From positions 1 to 44,316 of the forward strand of contig CAUZTZ010000001.1 in NCBI GenBank assembly GCA_963582805.1: a DNA stretch of 44,316 nucleotides, in the 5' to 3' direction. Positions 37,500 through 44,316 of this stretch are shown in pieces (position 1 is the first letter of the stretch; every line of letters begins with the position of its first letter). The translations under genes and the position numbers were made by a program. The notes below the pieces were generated by a model that had not been told where the DNA came from, ran no database searches, and worked only from the letters and a program-made list of their open reading frames with translations. The DNA is from Alphaproteobacteria bacterium (GTDB taxonomy: Bacteria; Pseudomonadota; Alphaproteobacteria; Rhodospirillales; UBA2165).

Positions 37500-37988
37500 A
37501 TGCCGCAATTTGATTTTTCGCTTGTTGTATCCGGTTTGGATTTGGATGAGGACGGCTTTGAAGACGCCCTGTTTGAGGCCGGCTGTGACGATGCCTTGGT
37601 CTCTATTGTTAAAGGCTTCGTGGTTCTCGATTTCGCCCGCCAGGAAAAAAATCTCGCCCACGCCGTGGCCTCCGCCATCAAGGACGTGGAAAGCACGGGC
37701 GCGCATGTGGTGCGCCTGGAGCCGGACCCGTTCGTGACGCTCAGCGATATTGCAAGCCGGACCAACCTCTCAAAACAATTGGTTTCCCTTTATGTACAAG
37801 GCAAACGCGGGCCCAAGGATTTTCCGTTGCCCAGCTTGAGAGTTTCCTCCGATTCCCCACTTTGGGAGTGGCTGTCGGTGGCAAGATGGCTTCGCAAAAA
37901 TAAAAAGATCGAAAGTAGCAGGGATGTGGTTCATGCCGCCCTGCTGCGCAAGTTCAACAATGATCTGGCGATGCTCCGATCACAGTGA
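37500..37988 (+). CDS. Two-domain protein: N-terminal alpha/beta domain plus C-terminal helix-turn-helix (candidate antitoxin/regulator)
   Basis: ATG at 37500 follows GGAAAGGAAAG. The HTH-like segment is LSDIASRTNLSKQLVSLYVQGKRGP. It lies 22 nt downstream of the 76-aa gene. Confidence 0.6.
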   Translation: MPQFDFSLVVSGLDLDEDGFEDALFEAGCDDALVSIVKGFVVLDFARQEKNLAHAVASAIKDVESTGAHVVRLEPDPFVTLSDIASRTNLSKQLVSLYVQGKRGPKDFPLPSLRVSSDSPLWEWLSVARWLRKNKKIESSRDVVHAALLRKFNNDLAMLRSQ

Positions 37989-38108
37989 AGCGCCAAGTTC
38001 GGCTGGGCCGGCGACGTCATAAACCGACATAACCGTATGGGGGATGCAGACGAAGTCGCGCGAAATTAAACGCATGAGACCCGTTAAAATAGAAAATACC
38101 GATTTCCC

Positions 38109-38170
38109 CTCTGTGAACTCTGTGATCTCTGTGGTGAAAATTCCTTCCTGGATACCCCGGTCAAGCCGGG
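38109..38170 (+). repeat. Partial copy D of the CTCTGTG-type element, followed by hairpin CCCCGG-tcaag-CCGGGG
   Basis: CTCTGTGAACTCTGTGATCTCTGTGGTGAAAATTCCTTCC matches the core of copies A-C. Confidence 0.7.
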
Positions 38171-38272
38171 GCATGACGGCTGGGGGACGGGCGAGTCAAC
38201 CAGCGCGGTGCCAAGACGGGCGCCCGTGTGCTAAAGAATGCTAATAAATGATAATCATGTTAATGCCAAATC

Positions 38273-38372
38273 GCGTGTCGCATGTTGCATTTCGATGTTC
38301 AAAATGTCCCTGGATGTCCACAAATGTCCATAAATGACAAGGATGTCCATGCCGTTTGCGCGTGTCGCATGT
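38273..38372. promoter_or_regulatory. Regulatory array: direct repeats GCGTGTCGCATGT (38273 and 38360, 87 bp apart) bracketing about 10-bp-phased ATGT(C/T)(C/G) boxes
   Basis: ATGTCC starts at 38304, 38314, 38324 and 38343, with degenerate boxes at 38282, 38295, 38334 and 38369. The array ends 35 nt before the aldolase-fold gene ATG (38407). Confidence 0.5.
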
Positions 38373-38406
38373 CGCACACCTACCTTCTAATGCTAGAGTG
38401 AACCCC

Positions 38407-39153
38407 ATGGACCAGATAACCCAATCCACCGACGAAACCCGCCTCCGCAATTCCGTCGCGGTGGCGACCCGCACCCTTAATCATCAGAATATCCTCGGCT
38501 ATTCGGGGCATGTTTCGGCGCGGCTTCCTGGCCGTGAGGGCGCCGGCGAAATCATAATCCAGACCTTCGATCAAAGCCGCGCCGAGGTGACGCCCGATGA
38601 TCTGGTCGTCGTCGATGGCGACGGTAAATTTGTGCGCGGCAACCAGGGCGCGCGGCCGCCGGACGAAGTGGCCATCCATACGGAGATTTTGCGCGTCCGC
38701 GATGACGTCAACGCGGTGTTTCATTTCCATCCCCAGGTGGCCACCCTGTTTACCATGGTCGAGGGCGCGCAATTGGTGCCGGTGGACGCCCACGCGTTTC
38801 GCTGGGCGAGCGGCATTCCGGTGCATCCCGTGCCGGCCAAAATCAATGATGCCGCCATGGGCGCCGCGCTGGCCGCCACCCTTGGGCCGCATAACGCTGC
38901 CCTGATGCGGGCGCATGGGGCCGTCATCGTCGCCGAAAGCGTGGAGGCTTTGATGATCGACGCCATTCATTTTTGCGAAAACGCCGAGGCCAATTACAAG
39001 GCCGCCATGCTGGGGCCTGTGATCGCGCTTAGCCAGGACGATATGACGCTGATCGCATCGAAATTGAACCGGGCCGCGCATACAGCCAAGCTGTGGGATT
39101 ATTATACCGGCCTGGCGGTGAGCGCCGGGGCGGTTCCGCCCGATTGGCTTTGA
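38407..39153 (+). CDS. Class II aldolase/adducin-domain protein (aldolase- or decarboxylase-type)
   Basis: GYSGHVSAR, the His-ligand region EVAIHTEILRVRDDVNAVFHFHP, and AALMRAHGAV. Confidence 0.75.
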   Translation: MDQITQSTDETRLRNSVAVATRTLNHQNILGYSGHVSARLPGREGAGEIIIQTFDQSRAEVTPDDLVVVDGDGKFVRGNQGARPPDEVAIHTEILRVRDDVNAVFHFHPQVATLFTMVEGAQLVPVDAHAFRWASGIPVHPVPAKINDAAMGAALAATLGPHNAALMRAHGAVIVAESVEALMIDAIHFCENAEANYKAAMLGPVIALSQDDMTLIASKLNRAAHTAKLWDYYTGLAVSAGAVPPDWL

Positions 39154-39234
39154 GGGAATTGAGTTTGCCGAAAACTTAAGTATGATAGCCACCAACGTCA
39201 CCAACAGCGATAAGAATTTGAGAAAGGGAAAGCC

Positions 39235-40746
39235 ATGAAATCCAAGAAAACGCGCGCGCCCGATGGCGTTCAGTCCGGGGCCGGAATCGCCGCTGACGTC
39301 AAAGGCGTCAATTTCCGCTTTGAAGACTTGCGCGGCTGGATCGAGGAAGCCGACAAATTGGGCGAGGTACGCCACGTCAAAGGCGCGTCTTGGGAAGAAG
39401 ATATGGGCATGGCCGCCGAGCTGGTGTTGCGCGACGGCAACGCGCCGGCGGTTCTGTTCGACGAAGTGCCCGGCTACCCCAAGGGCTTTCGCGTGCTGAC
39501 CAACTTCTATGGCGGCAAGCGCATGAACATGACCATGGGTTTTCCCGATGATCTGACCAAGCTGGAACTGACCGACGCCCATTTCAAATATCAAATCGAT
39601 GGTCTGCCGACGATCCCTTACGAGGTGGTTGACGATGGTCCGGTCTTCGAGAACGTGCTCGAAGGCGACGATGTGGACATGGAGATGTTCCCGACGCCGC
39701 TCTGGCACGAACATGACGGCGGCCGCTATTTCGGCACCGGCTCGTTCGATGTGACCCTCGATCCCGATAGCGACTGGATCAATGTGGGCTGCTACCGGGT
39801 CATGGTGCAGGGCAAAAAAGAGGTCGGCATCTATATGTCGCCGGGCAAGCATGGCCGCGTGCATCGGGACAAATACGAAGAGCGCGGCGAGCGTATGCCG
39901 GTGGTTGTCGTTGCCGGCGGCGATCCGATGAATTTCCTGGCCGCCTGTTCCGAGTTTCCCCAAGGCATGTGCGAATTTGACATCGTCGGCGGCATGCGCG
40001 GCGCGGCGGTGAAGGTGGTCAAGGGCAAGCATACAGGCATCCCCTTCCCGGCCAATTCCGAGATCGTTATCGAAGGCTTTATCGAGCCCGGCAACCGCAA
40101 GAAGGAAGGCCCGTTCGGCGAATGGACCGGCTATTACGCCTCCGACGTGCGCGAAGAGCCGGTCCTCGATGTGGTCGCCATCTATCACCGCAACGATCCG
40201 ATTATCCTGGGCTGCCCGCCGCAACGCCCGCCGGACGAGTTGGGCCGCTACCGCGCGGTCACCCGCTCGGCGCTCCTGCGCGACAATATCGCCCGCGCCG
40301 GCGTGCCCGACGTCACCGATGTCTGGGCGCACGAAGTGGGCGGCGCGCGCATGTTGTTGGGGGTCGCCATCAAGCAGCGCTATCCCGGCCATGCCCGCCA
40401 GGTGGGCCATGTCGCGGCGCAATGCCATGTGGGCGCCTATGCGGGCAAATATGTGGTGGTCGTTGACGAAGATATCGATGTCTCCAGCCTGGAAGATCTG
40501 ACCTGGGCCTTGCTAACCCGGTCCGATCCGGCCTCGTCCATCGATATTATTCCGGAAGCCTGGTCAACGCCGCTGGATCCGCGCATTTCGCCGGAGGACA
40601 AAGACAAGGGCAATTTCCGCAATTCCCGCGCCATTATCGATGCCTGCCGACCGTTCCATTGGCGCAAGGAATTCCCGCTGGTCAACGCCATGAGCCCGGA
40701 GCTGGCCAAGAAAGCGCGCAAGAAATTCGGCTATTTGCTGGACTAG
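39235..40746 (+). CDS. UbiD-family (prFMN-dependent) decarboxylase, paralog 2
   Basis: 503 aa with DGGRYFGTG, INVGCYR, EGPFGEWTGYY and KYVVVVDEDIDVSS. Confidence 0.88.
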   Translation: MKSKKTRAPDGVQSGAGIAADVKGVNFRFEDLRGWIEEADKLGEVRHVKGASWEEDMGMAAELVLRDGNAPAVLFDEVPGYPKGFRVLTNFYGGKRMNMTMGFPDDLTKLELTDAHFKYQIDGLPTIPYEVVDDGPVFENVLEGDDVDMEMFPTPLWHEHDGGRYFGTGSFDVTLDPDSDWINVGCYRVMVQGKKEVGIYMSPGKHGRVHRDKYEERGERMPVVVVAGGDPMNFLAACSEFPQGMCEFDIVGGMRGAAVKVVKGKHTGIPFPANSEIVIEGFIEPGNRKKEGPFGEWTGYYASDVREEPVLDVVAIYHRNDPIILGCPPQRPPDELGRYRAVTRSALLRDNIARAGVPDVTDVWAHEVGGARMLLGVAIKQRYPGHARQVGHVAAQCHVGAYAGKYVVVVDEDIDVSSLEDLTWALLTRSDPASSIDIIPEAWSTPLDPRISPEDKDKGNFRNSRAIIDACRPFHWRKEFPLVNAMSPELAKKARKKFGYLLD

Positions 40747-40749
40747 CGT

Positions 40750-42258
40750 TTACTCGAACGCATCAGGAAACTTGGCGCGCATTTCCTCGGCCAAAGCGCG
40801 GCTGGTTTGCGCTACCTTGGGAAATGTCTCCAGGCGCTCGAACGGGATGCAGGCGTCGATGATCGCCCGGTTGTTGTGGTACTTGTCGTCGGTGATCATC
40901 GGGTCCAGGCGCGATGACCAGCATTTCTCCAAAATGGTGATATCCACTTTTGGATCGGAGCGGGTGCCCATCGCCCAGATCACCTCGTGGATGTCGCCGG
41001 GATCGATATCGTCATCGACGACCACCACGTAGCGGCCCGCATAGCCGATGGGATTGACCTGGCTGGCGACCACGCCGGCCTGGGTGGAGTGGCCGAAATA
41101 GCGCTGCTTGATGGCGACCACCACGAAAGTGCGGCCCGATCCCGCCTGGTGCACCCAGACGTCGGTCACATCGGGAATGCCGGCGCCTTCGAGGGAATCC
41201 AACAGCGCCGCCGAGCGAATGAAGCAGCGCTCGTACAGATGCGAATGGGGCGGCTTTTGGCTTGCGGCGCAGGTGAGGATGGGATCGTTGCGATGATAGA
41301 CACGTTTGATTTCGATAGCCGGCTCTTCCTTTTCGCCGCCCGCATAGTAGCCGGTCCATTCGCCGAACGGGCCCTCCATCACGGTCTTGTCCGGCAGGCA
41401 CCAGCCTTCGAGGACGATCTCCGAATTGACCGGGATCGGCAGGCCGGTTTCGGCGCCCTCGATACAGTTGATCGGCGCGCCGGCCAGGCCGCCGGCCCAA
41501 TCCAGCTCGGGCACGGTGTCGGACAAGGTATAGCGCGCCGACAAATAGGTGACCGGATCGATGCCGACGATGATCGCCATCGGGCAGGGTTTGCCGGCGG
41601 CCAGGTACTTGTCCCGATGGATGCGCCCCTGCTTGCCGTTGGAGATGTAGGACGCGCAGGTTTTGCCGTCGATCACCTGCACCCGGTAGGTGCCGATATT
41701 GATACGCCCCGTGTCGGGATCGCGGGTGACGACGCCGCAGGCGGTGCCGATGTACCGGCCGCCATCTTCTTCGTGGTGGATCGGAACCGGGAATTTCAAA
41801 ATATCCACATCGTCGCCCTCGTCGATGTTCTCGGTCACCGGCCCGCCATTGACGATATTCGGCGGGATCGGCTCATGTGCGCGAATTTTCTCGCGGAAGG
41901 CATCGAGCATGGAACGCCGCCGCAAAGACAGTTCCGGATCCAGCCCAAGGGCGCTGGCGAGCCGGAAGGGCGAGCCGAGCATGCCGTAGAGGACGCGGAA
42001 ATTCTTCGGGTAACCGGGGATGTCGTCGAACATCAAGAGCGGCGCCCGCTCCACCTTTTCCCGGTAGAGGACCTCGGTGATGGCGCCCACTTCTTTGTCC
42101 CAATGGGCGCCGGAGACCGATTTGATCTGGCTGGCATCATCCGTGGCATCAAGAAATTTGCGGAGATCGGTTTGAATGGCAGTGCGTTGATCGGCGTTCA
42201 TCTCTTCCACCTTGTTGTGATAACCCGGCCCGGCGAATTCGGCTTTCCGCCCAGGCAT
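40750..42258 (-). CDS. UbiD-family (prFMN-dependent) decarboxylase, paralog 3
   Basis: About 500 aa with DGGRYIGTA, INIGTYR, EGPFGEWTGYY and RYVVVVDDDIDPGD. An alternative start is MNADQRT at 42201. Confidence 0.88.
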   Translation of the reverse strand: MPGRKAEFAGPGYHNKVEEMNADQRTAIQTDLRKFLDATDDASQIKSVSGAHWDKEVGAITEVLYREKVERAPLLMFDDIPGYPKNFRVLYGMLGSPFRLASALGLDPELSLRRRSMLDAFREKIRAHEPIPPNIVNGGPVTENIDEGDDVDILKFPVPIHHEEDGGRYIGTACGVVTRDPDTGRINIGTYRVQVIDGKTCASYISNGKQGRIHRDKYLAAGKPCPMAIIVGIDPVTYLSARYTLSDTVPELDWAGGLAGAPINCIEGAETGLPIPVNSEIVLEGWCLPDKTVMEGPFGEWTGYYAGGEKEEPAIEIKRVYHRNDPILTCAASQKPPHSHLYERCFIRSAALLDSLEGAGIPDVTDVWVHQAGSGRTFVVVAIKQRYFGHSTQAGVVASQVNPIGYAGRYVVVVDDDIDPGDIHEVIWAMGTRSDPKVDITILEKCWSSRLDPMITDDKYHNNRAIIDACIPFERLETFPKVAQTSRALAEEMRAKFPDAFE

Positions 42259-42326
42259 AGAAAGACTAGAAATCTTAAACCTATAAGGAAAGGCCGAATT
42301 TCCCGGCCCCGATCAGGACACCGATT

Positions 42327-43316
42327 ATGAGCGACGCACCCTTATGGCTGACCGAGGCGGACGTGACCGCATGCATGGATGTGGGCGCCGCCATCGATGC
42401 GCTGGAACGGGTGCTGGCGGTCACCGGCATGCACGCCGGCGAAAATATGGACAAGACCCATTTGATGGTCGGCGCCAACGATGTCTTGCAGGCGATCGGC
42501 GGCGCGGTGCCGTCGGAGGGTATCTGCGGCACCAAGACCTGGGTCAATGTAGCCGGCAAGTCGCAAACGCTGGTATTGCTGTTTTCGCTCACCGACGGGT
42601 CCTTGAAATGCGTGCTCGAGGCGACCGCGTTGGGGCAGATGCGCACCGCGGCAATGACTGGGTTGGGCACCAAATGGCTGGCCCCAAAGGACGCATCTGA
42701 AATGGCGATCATCGGAACCGGCAAGCAGGCCCTGCCGCAAATCGCCGCCTGCCTGGCCGTGCGTCCCATCAAACGGTTACGTATCTACAGCCGCACCGAA
42801 GCCAGCCGCGAAGCCCTCGTCGAAGCCGCCGCTATCTTCCCCGGCCTGGAGGCGGTGGCCGCCGCGTCATTGGAGGAAGCCACCGACGGCGTGCCTTTGA
42901 TCACCCTTTGCACCAACGCCACCGAGCCGTTCTTCGCATCATCGATGGCGGCAAGGGGCGCCCATATCAACGCCATTGGCGCCATCGTCCCGGGCCGCGT
43001 CGAATTCACCGAAGATATCTTCCCGCGCTGCTCGATGATCGCCGTCGATACCTTGGACGGGATTCGCGCCATGTCCCGGGAATTCATGGATTATTTTGGC
43101 GCCGGCAAGGATAATTGGGATAAAGTGGTTCCAATTTCCGCTGTCATGGGCGAAAGTCGCCGCCGGCCCGAAGATGCCGATCTGACCCTGTTTAAGGCGA
43201 TGGGCATGGGGCTCGCCGATCTTGCGGTGGCGATCGAGGTTTTGAAACGCAACGAAGGCGACGGGGCGGCCCACCAGTTGCCCGAGCGCATAAAAATGCA
43301 ACTACCCTTAGCCTAA
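42327..43316 (+). CDS. Ornithine cyclodeaminase / mu-crystallin family NAD(P)-dependent enzyme
   Basis: 329 aa with MRTAAMTG, the Rossmann segment MAIIGTGKQA, and KAMGMGLADLA. Confidence 0.75.
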   Translation: MSDAPLWLTEADVTACMDVGAAIDALERVLAVTGMHAGENMDKTHLMVGANDVLQAIGGAVPSEGICGTKTWVNVAGKSQTLVLLFSLTDGSLKCVLEATALGQMRTAAMTGLGTKWLAPKDASEMAIIGTGKQALPQIAACLAVRPIKRLRIYSRTEASREALVEAAAIFPGLEAVAAASLEEATDGVPLITLCTNATEPFFASSMAARGAHINAIGAIVPGRVEFTEDIFPRCSMIAVDTLDGIRAMSREFMDYFGAGKDNWDKVVPISAVMGESRRRPEDADLTLFKAMGMGLADLAVAIEVLKRNEGDGAAHQLPERIKMQLPLA

Positions 43317-43338
43317 GGGAAACCGATGGAGAAATCAC

Positions 43339-44316
43339 ATGGCCGATAATCATTTCATGGACCGCAGCGGCTGGACGCCGCCCGAAGCGCTGGATCTGTG
43401 GGAGCCCATTAAAATCACCGGCGAAGAGATCGATGCCGAGGTGGAGCGCCTGGCCAGCCAGCCGCGCCCGGCCAATGGCCGCCGGCAATCGCTCATTGTT
43501 CATCCCCGCTGGCAGGAGCTGGGCGTCGGGCCGGGCCTTAACCCGGGGGTAAGGGTATCGCTGGAAGTGCTGCTGCCCGGCGAGGAAACGACGCCGATCC
43601 GGCACAACTCGACGCAGATCAATTTCTGCATCAAGGGCGCCGGCGCCTCCATCATATCGGGCAAGCGCATCAATTACGGCCTTTATGACACCTGGAATTT
43701 TCCGTCCATGGCCACCTACCGGCACATCAATGATTCAAACGATATCCATGTGCGCCTGTGCTATTCCAACGCGCCCATGCTGGAAAAACTGAACGTCCAC
43801 ATTATCGAGGATGATCCCCAAGACACGCCCTTGAAAGCGGTGGACAGCGCCCCTGAAAAAAAGGCCGAAGCCAAGGCCGAGAAAGAAGCCAAGACAATTC
43901 CCTTGGGCGACGACGGCGCTTACCTGATGCCCTACGAAGTGCTCATCAATCCCGATCCCATCCAGTCCAATATCCTGCATTGGCCCTGGCAAGGTCTGGA
44001 AGCCGAGCTGCAGAATCTGGGCGGACTCGACAAGAACTATAAGGGGCGCCGGCTCTATATGATGTGGAACCCGGCGACCGGACGCCATAACGGCATCACC
44101 CCCAATTTTTTCGCCACCATCACCATCCGCCCCGGCGGCATTATCGATAGGCCGCATCGCCATACCTCGGCGGCGATCAATTACTATTTCGCCGGTTCCG
44201 GCCATTCCATTGTCGAGGGCAAGCGCTACGACTGGAAGGCCGGCGATCTGATGCTGTCGGCGCCGGGCTGGGGCGTTCATAACCACGCCTCCCACGACGA
44301 GACCGTCTATGAGCTC
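43339..44316 (+). CDS. Bicupin, gentisate-1,2-dioxygenase-like; C-terminus beyond window edge (absent from ORF track, hand-translated)
   Basis: Starts MADNHFMDRSGWTPPEALDLWEPIKI... The first cupin has IRHNSTQINFCIKGAG...YRHIN. The second cupin has HRHTSAAINYYFAGSGHSIVEGKRYDWKAGDLMLSAPGWGVHNHAS. The frame is open to the last base. Confidence 0.7.
   Translation, partial: MADNHFMDRSGWTPPEALDLWEPIKITGEEIDAEVERLASQPRPANGRRQSLIVHPRWQELGVGPGLNPGVRVSLEVLLPGEETTPIRHNSTQINFCIKGAGASIISGKRINYGLYDTWNFPSMATYRHINDSNDIHVRLCYSNAPMLEKLNVHIIEDDPQDTPLKAVDSAPEKKAEAKAEKEAKTIPLGDDGAYLMPYEVLINPDPIQSNILHWPWQGLEAELQNLGGLDKNYKGRRLYMMWNPATGRHNGITPNFFATITIRPGGIIDRPHRHTSAAINYYFAGSGHSIVEGKRYDWKAGDLMLSAPGWGVHNHASHDETVYEL

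Noticed and set aside
38241-38474. 77-aa minus-strand ORF across the ATGTCC box array
   Set aside because: It overlaps the aldolase-fold gene start and consists of translated repeat boxes. There is no SD, and the composition is atypical.
38380-40428. 682-aa ORF on the minus strand, the longest ORF in that region
   Set aside because: It lies antisense to the well-supported aldolase-fold and UbiD genes. Its R/A/G/H-rich, motif-less composition is typical of shadow ORFs in GC-rich DNA. The same reasoning applies to 21667..23280(+), 25941..27119(-), 9827..10927(-), 27789..28970(-), 5594..6670(-), 40987..42330(+), 34550..35593(+), 3837..4793(-) and 7410..8222(-).

Overview
A GC-rich chromosomal segment that looks alphaproteobacterial, judged from gene content and synteny (inference only). 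The conserved backbone is SRP RNA (ffs)-dnaX-ybaB-recR, aroK-aroB divergent from a small-TM/Pro-rich protein/xerD operon, corC-CBS-DUF2889-J-domain-cobS-cobT, rpmB and a eukaryote-type NADP-icd. Several accessory blocks are set into this backbone.

(1) Two visibly AT-richer islets (1-1640 and ~11260-15346) each pair a signal-less protein with one or two signal-peptide proteins of unknown family. The signal-less protein is built from a lysozyme/lytic-transglycosylase-like module, a Pro-rich linker and a peptidoglycan-binding-like module. Domain order is permuted between the two loci. The second locus carries a tandem paralog pair and a 5' gene remnant. I rate this the best candidate for an undescribed system, possibly a cell-wall-targeting effector/immunity-like module.

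(2) A divergent glycosyltransferase / EgtB-family pair resembles the selenoneine senB/senA genes, but no selD/senC is in view.

(3) Three UbiD-family (prFMN) decarboxylase paralogs sit with a TAXI-TRAP transporter, a class II aldolase-fold protein, an ornithine-cyclodeaminase-family protein and GDO-like cupins. No UbiX and no regulator gene are in the window.

(4) A Doc/AbrB-type toxin-antitoxin pair has a palindromic operator. A second small two-gene module (Cys/His-rich 76-aa protein plus HTH protein) may be HicA/HicB-like.

(5) A dispersed, MITE/REP-like repeat family is built around CTCTGTG(NN) 9-bp units. There are also G/C-rich hairpin REPs, a helically phased ATGTCC box array upstream of the aldolase/UbiD operon, and a 550-bp non-coding tail with two terminators.

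No rRNA, tRNA, CRISPR array, transposase or phage integrase was seen. All family assignments come from reading motifs by eye; no searches were run.
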